Below the pieces are notes generated by a model that was given only the letters and a program-made list of their open reading frames with translations, was not told the origin of the DNA and did not search any database. The position numbers were made by a program, and so were the translations under genes. Positions 18,785-27,109 of a DNA stretch of 64,000 bases are shown here, in pieces. How positions within the stretch are numbered: the first letter of the stretch is position 1; every line of letters starts with the position of its first letter. The stretch lies in contig JASMKM010000013.1 of NCBI GenBank assembly GCA_030749235.1, positions 111,470-175,469 on the forward strand, read 5' to 3'. Source of the DNA: Planctomycetota bacterium. GTDB lineage: Bacteria; Planctomycetota; UBA1135.

Positions 18785-20515
18785 ATGGGCTGGTTCCAAC
18801 GCCTCTTTTCGGGAGCGAATGACCACGACGAAGATTTCCGTGGCACACGCTCCCCGGACCAAGCCCGAGTTTCCGCCGAAGATTTGGCCGGAGAACTACG
18901 GGCTTTACACAACGAAATCAAGCTGCTTCGCGAGTCAATCGGAAGCGGTGGTCGGTCTATTGCCGACGGAGAAGGCTCATCGCGGCGTTCTAGGCGCGGT
19001 GGTCGAAACCGTGGCGGGCGTGATCGGGACGGCGGAGGTCGTGACCGGTCTGGGGATCGCTCAGGCGGCCGCGATCGACAGCAGCAGCGTCGGAGTCTGC
19101 CTAAGACTCCACCGGATGATGCGCCAGTGGGCCTGTTGGTCGACTACTTAAAGTCCCGAGGTGTTATCACCTTCGAAGGCCAAGATGACCTGAACCGCAA
19201 CGAGGCTTTCGAGCATCTCGCGCGGCACTTGGGCATGCACTTCCACTTGCTCGCGAACTTCTACGAGAAGGTGAAGCGTTGTGTGGCTACCGGGCGCGGT
19301 CAGCGCATCGATATCGACAACTACAGCCATGCGGAGCGTTCCGCGGCGGTTCAGTTCGGTACTTTGCTGCACCGTCACGGCATGCTGAAGGATTTTTATT
19401 ACCACCGCTCGCCGAAGAAGCAGCTGCGAGTCATCCCTACCAAGGATGGGCAGATTGGTCAGTTCCTGACCGGCGGCTGGCTGGAGATCTACGTCAGTGC
19501 AGTGCTCACGCGTCGGCTGCGTGCGGCCATGAGTTCCGCTAAGTTCCAGTTGCTCTACAACGTAAAGGGTGTGTTGCCGGATGGCCGCGAGTTCGAAGCG
19601 GACTTAATGGCTGCTGTCGAAGGACGCCTGTTCTGGCTGGAGTGCAAGACCGGACAGTGGCAGGATTACTCGGCGCGTTTCCGCGGCCTGGTAAAGATCT
19701 TCGGTGTGGAGCGCGAGAGTGCTGCGCTGCTGTTGATCAGGCCGCCGGATGCCAACACCCGTGCGCGAGCCACCGACATGCTCGACATGACTTTGTTGTC
19801 GCTGGAAGAGGTCGATGACTTCATCAGCGTTTTCCTGGGTGAGCCAGTCGCTCCAAAGAAGGACAATGCAGACGCTGTCGAGAAACGCACCATCAATAAG
19901 GAGCTCGGCAATATGCCGCCGCTTACCGATGACGAGATCCCACTCGAGGATGCAGAGCCGGCCAAGAAGCTGGGTGTGATCGACCTGAACAGTGGCTCTG
20001 GCACTGAGGGTGAGAGCTCGACTCCACGTCGCCGCCGCCGTCGTCGTCGTCGCGGTGGCCGAAACCGTGGAGCTCGTTCCGCAGCCGCCACGGGTGCAGA
20101 CGAGAACGCCGAAGGCACAGCTCCAGAATCTGACGGTGTCGGTGCAGGGGCCAAGGCCGAAGACTCCAAGGCAGATTCCAAGAAAGGAGCATTGCTGGAG
20201 CCGCTTCCGATTGAGCGCGTTGAGGAGGAAGGCGCCGGCAAAACGGCCAAGGCTGAAGAATCTTCCGCCGAAGCTCCTGCCAAACCACGTCGTTCACGCC
20301 GTCGCCCAACTCCGTTCGCTGCTGAAGGTGGTGCGGAAGAAGGCGAAAAGGCCGAGGCTGCGGCCGAAGATGCGGTTGCCGCAGAGCCCGCTGAACCGGA
20401 AGCCGAAGCTGAGCCCGAAGCGACCCCGGTCGAGTCGGCCACGGGTGTGACCATCGCTCCGGATCTGGCTGCGATGATGGCTGGCGGCAAGAAGTCGGAG
20501 AAAGACGACGCCTAG
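18785..20515 (+). CDS. Hypothetical protein with a Card1/DUF1887-like PD-(D/E)xK nuclease-type core, flanked by an RGG/Arg-rich N-terminal region and an Arg-rich plus acidic Ala/Glu-rich C-terminal region
   Basis: I moved the start to ATG 18785 (MGWFQRLF), in frame with track ORF 18686. Core motifs are GGWLEIYV ... REFEADLMAAVEGRLFWLECKTGQW. The low-complexity runs are RRSRRGGRNRGGRDRDGGGRDRSGDRSGGRDRQQQRR and RRRRRRRRRGGRNRG. GC is host-like, and a terminator hairpin follows. Confidence 0.8.
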   Translation: MGWFQRLFSGANDHDEDFRGTRSPDQARVSAEDLAGELRALHNEIKLLRESIGSGGRSIADGEGSSRRSRRGGRNRGGRDRDGGGRDRSGDRSGGRDRQQQRRSLPKTPPDDAPVGLLVDYLKSRGVITFEGQDDLNRNEAFEHLARHLGMHFHLLANFYEKVKRCVATGRGQRIDIDNYSHAERSAAVQFGTLLHRHGMLKDFYYHRSPKKQLRVIPTKDGQIGQFLTGGWLEIYVSAVLTRRLRAAMSSAKFQLLYNVKGVLPDGREFEADLMAAVEGRLFWLECKTGQWQDYSARFRGLVKIFGVERESAALLLIRPPDANTRARATDMLDMTLLSLEEVDDFISVFLGEPVAPKKDNADAVEKRTINKELGNMPPLTDDEIPLEDAEPAKKLGVIDLNSGSGTEGESSTPRRRRRRRRRGGRNRGARSAAATGADENAEGTAPESDGVGAGAKAEDSKADSKKGALLEPLPIERVEEEGAGKTAKAEESSAEAPAKPRRSRRRPTPFAAEGGAEEGEKAEAAAEDAVAAEPAEPEAEAEPEATPVESATGVTIAPDLAAMMAGGKKSEKDDA

Positions 20516-20562
20516 CCTTTCCCGCACCAACTGTTGAGCTGACAATCATTGCCGGCTCAACC

Positions 20563-20604
20563 AAAAAAGAAACGGACAGCCGCGAAGCTGTCCGTTTCTT
20601 GCTT
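20563..20604. terminator. Bidirectional rho-independent terminator (serves the 18785-20515 gene and tRNA-Phe)
   Basis: A perfect 12-bp stem pairs gaaacggacagc (20569-20580) with gctgtccgtttc (20587-20598) around a 6-nt loop. It has an A-run on the left and a T-rich tract on the right. Confidence 0.8.
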
Positions 20605-20680
20605 TGGTGGGAAGAACCGGAGTTGAACCGGTGACACATGGATTTTCAGTCCATTGCTCTACCAACTGAGCTATCCTCCC
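20605..20680 (-). tRNA. tRNA-Phe (anticodon GAA), 76 nt with encoded CCA
   Basis: The minus strand reads GGGAGGA TA GCTC AGTTGGTA GAGC A ATGGA CTGAAAA TCCAT GTGTC ACCGG TTCAACT CCGGT TCTTCCC A CCA. This folds as a cloverleaf with a 7-bp acceptor stem (one G-U pair), GAA in the anticodon loop and a GGTTCAA T-loop. Confidence 0.95.
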
Positions 20681-20739
20681 GACCGCCCAAGGGGCGGAAG
20701 CCAACTGATTTCAGGTTTCCCTGCTCCAGTCGGGCGGAA

Positions 20740-20748
20740 ATCATACCA
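20740..20748 (-). promoter_or_regulatory. Candidate extended -10 element (TGgTATGAT) for tRNA-Phe
   Basis: The minus strand reads TGGTATGAT about 55-60 nt upstream of the mature tRNA 5' end. The -35 is weak. Confidence 0.3.
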
Positions 20749-20778
20749 TCCTGAGCTGAAGATGTGGAGTTGGGGCAT

Positions 20779-20813
20779 AAAAAAAGACCGACCCCACAAA
20801 GGCGGGGTCGGTC
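20779..20813 (-). terminator. Rho-independent terminator of the 20829-21917 gene
   Basis: A 10-bp stem pairs gaccgacccc (20786-20795) with ggggtcggtc (20804-20813). On the minus strand it is followed by a T7 run (plus-strand A-run 20779-20785). Confidence 0.8.
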
Positions 20814-20828
20814 CGAGAGCAGGTTCCC

Positions 20829-21917
20829 TTAGAGAATCAGCTCAGCAATGGCATTGGTTAGTTGGCCAGAGGCCAAATCGACACCGTGCATGTACAAGGT
20901 TAAACCAGATCCACGTGGTGGCACGCCGGTCGTCAGCGAAGTAACACCACTAGAATCTGCGGTGAGGGCAGGCAGTTGGGAGATGGGTGCACTCAAGCTG
21001 ACCGTGCCAAATGGGGTGTTGGTAGGACCAGCACCGGTCAGTGAGTAGCCAATCAAGACACCGCCACCGGCAGTCGCGTTAGTCACCATGATGGTCGCGA
21101 GACCGCCACCGACGAGCCCGGTGGCCGAGAGGACAGGTCCGGAAGGACCGTTGTCCAGATCGAGCTCATAAACGACGTTGGTCATTTGGCCTGTCTGCCA
21201 AATGTCTCCACCACTACTGGAAGCCAAACCACGAGGGTCATTGGAGCTGGAGATCTGACCGATGAAGGAGCGCACCAAAGCTCCAGTGCTGGCATCCATC
21301 ACGAAGACCATGCCTTGATCCCGCCCACCGACGATGATCTGGTCATGGGCTAGGTTGAAGCCAGTTCCAGCCGAGCGAGTGCATCCGAATGCTCCCAAGC
21401 TAAAGGTGGTGATGGTGGCTCCAGTGACTGGGTTCACCGACGAGACGGTGTCCGAGACCCAATCGGTAATCCAATAGACATCACGACCGGCGTCGTAGGA
21501 GGCGCCAACCGGGCCGCTACCAGGAGCGGGCCAAACGCTGACCAAGGTACCGGCGGAGTTGAACGTACTGACGATGTCGGAAGACGCGTTGGTGGTGATG
21601 TAGAGGTTTCGAAGGCTATCGTAACCAAGGCCAAAATCGCTTGGATCGATGGTCGAGACCGTGCCAAGTGACGCACCAGTTGCTTCGTCTACCAGGTAGA
21701 TGGTGGCCGAATAGTCGGACGAATCGGTAAGAAGGAGTGTGCTACCGTTCCGCGCCGCACCGCAGTATTCGCTGGACGCGGTGGCGACGATCGATGACAA
21801 GACATCACCTGCGGCAGCGGTGCCAGGGGTCGTGTGAAGGAGATCTCCGTTGTGGTCATAGATTTGACCGGTGCCCGATTGAGGCAGGGCGAGGAGCAGG
21901 GGCAAGAAACAAAGCAT
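20829..21917 (-). CDS. Secreted beta-propeller-like repeat protein with a C-terminal ~100-aa beta module
   Basis: I moved the start to ATG 21917 (MLCFLPLLLALPQSGTG, a signal peptide). The body is Gly/Ser/Thr/Asp-rich with repeats (..YDSLRNLYITT.., ..DVYWITDW.., ..IIVGGRDQGMVFVMD..). No specific family was confirmed. Confidence 0.65.
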   Translation of the reverse strand: MLCFLPLLLALPQSGTGQIYDHNGDLLHTTPGTAAAGDVLSSIVATASSEYCGAARNGSTLLLTDSSDYSATIYLVDEATGASLGTVSTIDPSDFGLGYDSLRNLYITTNASSDIVSTFNSAGTLVSVWPAPGSGPVGASYDAGRDVYWITDWVSDTVSSVNPVTGATITTFSLGAFGCTRSAGTGFNLAHDQIIVGGRDQGMVFVMDASTGALVRSFIGQISSSNDPRGLASSSGGDIWQTGQMTNVVYELDLDNGPSGPVLSATGLVGGGLATIMVTNATAGGGVLIGYSLTGAGPTNTPFGTVSLSAPISQLPALTADSSGVTSLTTGVPPRGSGLTLYMHGVDLASGQLTNAIAELIL

Positions 21918-22022
21918 GCTAGGTTTTTGATTGGGGCTGATGGTGGGGGATCTGCAACTGGGTCGCTGCATCTACTCTAAAGGAAAAATAGGATATTGCA
22001 CAACGCCCCAGGGCGACACTCA

Positions 22023-23039
22023 TCATTCCATCCCAAGCATCTCACGCGCCGTTGGGCTCTCGATCGGCAGGAATTTCCCGGGAATGACCCAAGATTCACC
22101 CGCTGCCGACGTCACCTTGCGAGCAGCAGCGCAATCCGCCTGGATCTGGTCGATCAACCCAGTGGCATTGTCGAAGGCGCGCTCATTACGCAGTTTATGC
22201 AGGAAGAACACCTCAACCCCCTGGCCGTAAAGGTTGCCCTCGAAATCAAGAAGATGTACTTCGATGGAGTGGCTCGCGTCTTCAAAGGTGGGGCGGTTGC
22301 CCAAGTTGGCTACGGCCGGTAACAAAGCTAGTGGTTCCTGCCCGACCAGGCGCACCAGGGTTGCGTAGACACCCGCCGGCGGCTGCAGCTCATGGTGCAG
22401 ATCTAGGTTGGCGGTCGGAAAGCCCAAGCTCTTGCCGCGACCGTCGCCCTGGACCACGGTGCCGAGCAGACTTGCCGGGCGCCCGAGCATGGTGCCAGCT
22501 TTGGCGAAATCACCTAGTTGAACGGCTTCGCGGATTGCAGTGCTGGAGACCGCCCGACCTTGCACCTTTAATGGTGGCACCTGTGTCAGTGAGAAACCCT
22601 TCTCGGCAGCGAGCGGTTGCAGCGATTGGGGATTGCCGCCGCGGTCCTTGCCGAACTTGGAATCGAAACCAAAGACCAACTCCTGCAGTCCCAATCCATC
22701 CAGCAGGATCTTGCGGGTGAACCGGTCAGAGGTCAGCTCGCGCAGTTCCGGGGTGAAGTCGAGCACCAAGGTGGCGTCGATGCCGGCACGTCGAAACAGC
22801 AAGAGTCGATGCTCCAAGCTGGTGATGGTGGCGGGGGCCTGGCCAAGCAGCACCGACTTGGGGTGGCTGGCGAAGGTCACCATGACCGACTTCTTGCCTA
22901 AGGCTTGAGCACGCAAGACCACTTGGCGCAGCACGTGAAAATGGCCGAGATGTACGCCGTCGAAGACACCGACGGTGGCGACGCAGCCGCTGCCCTGGAA
23001 GGTAGCCGGCAGCGCTTGAAGGCCATCAAGAACTAGCAA
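22023..23039 (-). CDS. ribF: Bifunctional riboflavin kinase / FMN adenylyltransferase
   Basis: The N-terminus has VATVGVFDGVHLGHFHVL. The kinase part has GDGRGKSLGFPTANL and EVHLLDFEGNLYG. Confidence 0.92.
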   Translation of the reverse strand: MLVLDGLQALPATFQGSGCVATVGVFDGVHLGHFHVLRQVVLRAQALGKKSVMVTFASHPKSVLLGQAPATITSLEHRLLLFRRAGIDATLVLDFTPELRELTSDRFTRKILLDGLGLQELVFGFDSKFGKDRGGNPQSLQPLAAEKGFSLTQVPPLKVQGRAVSSTAIREAVQLGDFAKAGTMLGRPASLLGTVVQGDGRGKSLGFPTANLDLHHELQPPAGVYATLVRLVGQEPLALLPAVANLGNRPTFEDASHSIEVHLLDFEGNLYGQGVEVFFLHKLRNERAFDNATGLIDQIQADCAAARKVTSAAGESWVIPGKFLPIESPTAREMLGME

Positions 23040-23550
23040 GTTGGTTCTTGTACTCCTGCACCATGTCTTCGAGATCGCCCTTGACCAGGCTCTTCGAGGC
23101 CAGGCTCATGCGGTCGATGAACAAGATGCCATCAAGGTGGTCCAGCTCGTGCTGGAAGATTCGCGCTTCCCATTCTTCAAGTTCCAACTCGACCGGCTCG
23201 CCTTTGAGCCCCTGCGCCTGGACCTTGATCGAGACTGGCCGCGTGACCTGACCACAGATGCTCAAAAAGGACAGGCAGCCCTCCTGGCCATCTTCTTTGA
23301 CCTTCGACTTCCACACGATCTTGGGGTTGCACAGCACCACTTCCTCGTCGACCTGCTTATCCGATCCAGACGGATTGTAGACCATCAAACGAATGTTCAG
23401 GCCCACCTGCGGGGCAGCCAGGCCGACGCCCTTGGTGGTATACATGAGCTGGAACATTTCACGCGTAGTGGCTTCGAGCTCCGCGTCGAAATCGGTGACG
23501 GGAGCATTCTTGGCGCGTAAACGCGGATCTGGGTAGAGGACGATGTCCAT
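23026..23550 (-). CDS. def: Peptide deformylase
   Basis: The three signature motifs are GVGLAAPQVG, EGCLSF and HELDHLDG. It overlaps the ribF start by 14 nt. Confidence 0.95.
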   Translation of the reverse strand: MDIVLYPDPRLRAKNAPVTDFDAELEATTREMFQLMYTTKGVGLAAPQVGLNIRLMVYNPSGSDKQVDEEVVLCNPKIVWKSKVKEDGQEGCLSFLSICGQVTRPVSIKVQAQGLKGEPVELELEEWEARIFQHELDHLDGILFIDRMSLASKSLVKGDLEDMVQEYKNQLASS

Positions 23551-23615
23551 AGCTATGGGTACCCTAGAATACCGTGGCGGAATCTCAATCTCTGAGCTTG
23601 CCGCCCATCTGCAAC

Positions 23616-24239
23616 ATGAATCTCAAGAAGCATCTCGATAGGGCCGCCCAAGCCCTGGAACGCGGGCAAGCCGATTTTGCGGTCGAGCTCTGTGATCAGG
23701 TCATGGATTTCGCCCCGGGTGAGCGATTGGCGGCGGAATTGCTGACTGCCGCGGCGATAGCCAATGGCGACGGCAAGTCCAACCTCCTAAAGAAGCTGGC
23801 CTCCGGTCCGATGGGCTTGGCTGCGCGCTTCAACAAGCTCACTCGCAATCCCGACGCCGAAGCCCGCTCTTTGCGCCGTGCCTTCATCAAGGATCCTGCC
23901 AACTTCAGTCGTGGCATCGCTTGGGGTGACGCACTCGAACGCGCCGGCTATGCGGGGGCTGCTCTCGGCGTCTTCGGTGGACTGGCAGGCTATTCTCCAG
24001 ATGCCGCCAAGCGCGCTGGCAGCCTGGCAGCCGCTCAGGGTGAAGTGGATGCGGCTCTGGATTATTACCAGCAGGCGCTGGACTCGAATCCACGCGACAC
24101 CGAAGCCATGCGCGCGCGAAAGAATTTGGCCGCAGAGCAAGCACTACGGAATGCGAGTAACGCCGACACCGCTACTGGAATGGACTCCGAAGCCTTCCTG
24201 AGGGCATCTCGCGGCGAAGTGGACCCAGAGGATGCCTGA
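23616..24239 (+). CDS. TPR-like repeat hypothetical protein
   Basis: The track ORF starts at 23574, but I preferred MNLKKHL at 23616. The product is helical and Ala-rich with a TPR-like YYQQALDSNPRDTEA. Confidence 0.6.
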   Translation: MNLKKHLDRAAQALERGQADFAVELCDQVMDFAPGERLAAELLTAAAIANGDGKSNLLKKLASGPMGLAARFNKLTRNPDAEARSLRRAFIKDPANFSRGIAWGDALERAGYAGAALGVFGGLAGYSPDAAKRAGSLAAAQGEVDAALDYYQQALDSNPRDTEAMRARKNLAAEQALRNASNADTATGMDSEAFLRASRGEVDPEDA

Positions 24240-24248
24240 GATTGGCGC

Positions 24249-24276
24249 TTGCGTCTCCAGCCGTTGACACTACAAT
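24249..24276 (+). promoter_or_regulatory. Candidate sigma-70-type promoter of rpsT (TTGCGT - 16 nt - TACAAT)
   Basis: TTGCGT lies at 24249-24254 and TACAAT at 24271-24276, 34 nt upstream of the rpsT ATG. Confidence 0.35.
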
Positions 24277-24309
24277 ATTCCGCCCGATTTTGCGGGACCA
24301 CTTAACGTC

Positions 24310-24573
24310 ATGCCGAACACCCCGTCTGCCCAAGCTTCCCTTAAGAAGAGCCTCAAGCGCCGCGAGCGTAACCGCGGTCGCCGTTCCGCCATGCGCACCT
24401 GGATCAAACGGACCAACGATGCCATCGAAGAAGGTAACTTGGAAGCCGCGGAGAAGAGTTTCTTGATGGCCACGAAGATGATTGACAAGAACGTCAAGTG
24501 GAACCAGCTGCACGCCAACACCGGTGCACGCAAGAAGTCGCACTTGGCCGCTGCGGTCAACGCCCTGCGCTAA
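24310..24573 (+). CDS. rpsT: 30S ribosomal protein S20
   Basis: The 87-aa basic helical protein has PNTPSAQASLKKSLKRRERNR...ARKKSHLAAAVNAL, typical of S20. Confidence 0.93.
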   Translation: MPNTPSAQASLKKSLKRRERNRGRRSAMRTWIKRTNDAIEEGNLEAAEKSFLMATKMIDKNVKWNQLHANTGARKKSHLAAAVNALR

Positions 24574-24620
24574 ACAGCAGCAGTGAATTTTTCGGCGCTC
24601 GGCGCCACACGGCACAAGAC

Positions 24621-24661
24621 AAAAGCCCTGACTATCGCGAGATGGTCAGGGCTTTTCTTTT
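24621..24661. terminator. Bidirectional rho-independent terminator between rpsT and the convergent cytochrome c gene
   Basis: A perfect 12-bp stem pairs aaaagccctgac (24621-24632) with gtcagggctttt (24645-24656). T-rich tracts follow on both strands. Confidence 0.8.
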
Positions 24662-24689
24662 GCCCCAAGGGCAGGGCAGGTGTGATGGG

Positions 24690-25139
24690 TTATTTGCCCA
24701 TGCTGCGGAGGTAGGCCACAAGGCTGTCTTTGGTCTCGTCGTCCGGGATTAGAGCAGCGAATGCAGCCATCAGAGGGCTCTTGCCAACCGCGGCGCCACC
24801 TTCCATGAAGACCTTGGCAATGTAGGCGTCGTCGACGGATTCCTGCCAGGCGGAATCCGACATGTCGCGTGGCTTGACGGTCAATGCACCAGCAGCGATG
24901 CCATCACCCTTGCCCGTCTCGCCGTGGCAAGAAACGCAGGCGGTCATGTAGACGGCCTTGCCCTTGGCAATGTCCACGGTTGGCTTGCTGTCAGCAGCGT
25001 TGTCACCGGCGGTATCAGCAGCAGTGTCGTTGGTGCCGCTGTTTGAGTCGTCAGTTTTCTCATCGCCACCGCAGCTCAGGCACAGGCCGAGGACAGACGT
25101 CGCGAGGAGAGTCAAAGAAAGGTTTCGCAAGATGCTCAT
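24690..25139 (-). CDS. Monoheme class-I c-type cytochrome, secreted (possibly lipid-anchored)
   Basis: It has a single CVSCHG haem site with a downstream Met region (SPLMAAF). I preferred the start MSILRNLSLTLLATSVLGLCLSCGG at 25139 over the track start at 25187. An acidic/Thr-rich linker follows the signal sequence. Confidence 0.85.
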   Translation of the reverse strand: MSILRNLSLTLLATSVLGLCLSCGGDEKTDDSNSGTNDTAADTAGDNAADSKPTVDIAKGKAVYMTACVSCHGETGKGDGIAAGALTVKPRDMSDSAWQESVDDAYIAKVFMEGGAAVGKSPLMAAFAALIPDDETKDSLVAYLRSMGK

Positions 25140-25216
25140 GATGTTGATGGGGGCTTTGGCCCACATGGAGTGAAGGATTTTACTCACCCGAACAGTTGCA
25201 AGAGTTCAGAGTTTCT

Positions 25217-27109
25217 TTAATGTTTTTGAGATTTTTCAAAATCCTCGATAGCCCGGAGGTTGCGCTCGGCGTCGGCGAAATCAGGCTGCAACTGCAGGGC
25301 TTGGCGCAGGGCGACCTTGGTGGCTTCATAATCCTGCTCGGCCGCGGCGGCCAAGCCAAGTAGGTACCAAGAGTTGGCATCCTCGGGGAACTCAGCGCAG
25401 CAGCGCTTCATGACAGCACGAGCTTCAGCGACCCTGCCGAGGGTGTCGAGGATGGTAGCTTGCAGGTGCAGTGGTGCCGGCGAGTGATCCTCCCATTTCT
25501 CGGCTTGCTGGGCGAGCTCTAAGGCGCGCTCGCCCTGGTCACGGCTGAGCAGATATTGGGCTTCCTGCATGGCGCCGCTAGGTTGACCTCGGTTGTGCTC
25601 CATGTTGCGTCGCAGGTCGATGGCGGCACGACTTTGTTCGACCATATCCACCGGCAACATCCGCGCGGCATGCAAACGAACCGCGCGTACCGAATCCTCC
25701 AGCATCTCAGGTAGGGGCCAAGCCATCGCGCGTTGCAGAGGATCGGCCGAGGTGGCGGCCTTTGCCAGCAGTTGTTGCACCTTCGGGTGATTGGGCCATG
25801 ACTGCAACATGTTCAGCAAGGAGGCGCGCCATGTAGATTGTTTTTCAGCTTCGGTGGCTGCCAGCAGCATCGGAAGAGCGTTAGTGTGGTCTTCGCGTGC
25901 GGCGAACATGGCGCGGGCGCGACGGCGGGTGTCTTCGTTGCCTTTCCATGTGGGCCGCGCCTCGACAATCTTCGCCGCCCATTCAGCACTCTTGTCGTCA
26001 TGGCATTTGTTGCAGGCATTCGGCACGCCGGTTTCAATACTGAGTTGCGGATCGGGAATCAGGAAGCCGTGGTCATGGCGCGGGTGGCGCTGCATGTAGA
26101 CGGTGGTGCTCATATGACAATCCACGCATGCACTTCCGGGTTTACCGGCTTCATGTGCCGAATGTGCAGTGGTGTCGATGATTGGTCCCGGTACCCGTCC
26201 GCCACCGGAATGGCAGGTCATGCACAAGTTATTACCTTGCGTGCGCAGCTGCGCTGTGTGTGGATCATGGCAATCCAGACAGGTCACGCCTGCAGCGTGC
26301 ATCTTTGACAAGGCGAAGGATGTGTACTCGAAATTCTCGTCGCGGATTTGGCCATCGACATGCCAAGTGTCGTTGAAGTCAGGCAGGCCTGGATAGTAGT
26401 TGTCGAGGAAGGTCTTGCCAGCTTGATGCGGGCCGAGCTCACTCCGACGTGCATGACATGGCCAACATTGTTCGGAACTTACTGCGGCGACCGGTGCCGA
26501 GGTGTTTTGGACATGCTGGCCCATGCCCTCGTGGCAAGCGCTGCAGGACACACCATGTTCCGTCCAAGTGGTCTCGAAGCTGTCGGTGGCTTCAATCCAT
26601 GTGCGTTGCAGGTCGGTGTTATGGCATACCGCGCACATGGTATCCCAGTTCATGCCGCGCCCAGTCCAATGCCCCCATTCGCCAGGCTGACGGCCGTCGG
26701 CGAAGACATCGAACCAACTGTTGTCATGGAAGTCGCGTGCTTGCTGCGGGACCTGCAACCGCCCTTCCAACTCGACGACGTATTGAATCAGCGGATCCAC
26801 GCCGATGGACCGGATCGCCGGATAGCTGTGCTTGCTGCCATCCGGGCCGATTGCCTCAACGCTGATGGAGCCGGCTTCGAGGGGCTGTTCGGCCAATGCG
26901 TGATGGCTGCCGCTCCACTCTCCATGTTGTTCGGCGTGGCATTCTTTGCAGGAGGAGGAATGGGTGGCAGCTGCCGTCGCAACGGAGCTAGCTTGCGATC
27001 TCGACGCACCGTCTTGCAGTGGCGAAGACTTGTCTTCACCGCTGCATCCGCCCAAGGCCGCAAGGCTTAGGATTGCGGCGGCAAGGATGAGACGATCGCG
27101 CATTAACAT
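25217..27109 (-). CDS. Octaheme c-type cytochrome fused to C-terminal TPR repeats, secreted (LGGC lipobox-like)
   Basis: There are eight CxxCH sites: CKECH, CAVCH, CSACH, CWPCH, CLDCH, CMTCH, CVDCH and CNKCH. The C-terminal ~230 aa are TPR-like (SWYLLGLAAAAEQDYEATKVALRQALQLQPDFADA). Its ATG directly abuts the upstream stop codon. Confidence 0.88.
   Translation of the reverse strand: MLMRDRLILAAAILSLAALGGCSGEDKSSPLQDGASRSQASSVATAAATHSSSCKECHAEQHGEWSGSHHALAEQPLEAGSISVEAIGPDGSKHSYPAIRSIGVDPLIQYVVELEGRLQVPQQARDFHDNSWFDVFADGRQPGEWGHWTGRGMNWDTMCAVCHNTDLQRTWIEATDSFETTWTEHGVSCSACHEGMGQHVQNTSAPVAAVSSEQCWPCHARRSELGPHQAGKTFLDNYYPGLPDFNDTWHVDGQIRDENFEYTSFALSKMHAAGVTCLDCHDPHTAQLRTQGNNLCMTCHSGGGRVPGPIIDTTAHSAHEAGKPGSACVDCHMSTTVYMQRHPRHDHGFLIPDPQLSIETGVPNACNKCHDDKSAEWAAKIVEARPTWKGNEDTRRRARAMFAAREDHTNALPMLLAATEAEKQSTWRASLLNMLQSWPNHPKVQQLLAKAATSADPLQRAMAWPLPEMLEDSVRAVRLHAARMLPVDMVEQSRAAIDLRRNMEHNRGQPSGAMQEAQYLLSRDQGERALELAQQAEKWEDHSPAPLHLQATILDTLGRVAEARAVMKRCCAEFPEDANSWYLLGLAAAAEQDYEATKVALRQALQLQPDFADAERNLRAIEDFEKSQKH

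Noticed and set aside
19990-20460. Repetitive-looking DNA (gcc/gaa/cgt-rich) that might be a CRISPR array or tandem repeat. A similar stretch lies at 51250-51700.
   Set aside because: Both stretches are in-frame low-complexity coding sequence: Arg-, Ala- and Glu-rich linkers of the 576-aa protein and of FtsK. They lack regular repeat-spacer periodicity.
17602-20680. A genomic island integrated at the 3' end of tRNA-Phe.
   Set aside because: There is no integrase, recombinase or phage gene. I could find no direct repeat of the tRNA 3' end at the far side. The large 18785-20515 gene has host-like GC. Only the ~0.6-kb filler inside the pseudogene looks compositionally foreign.
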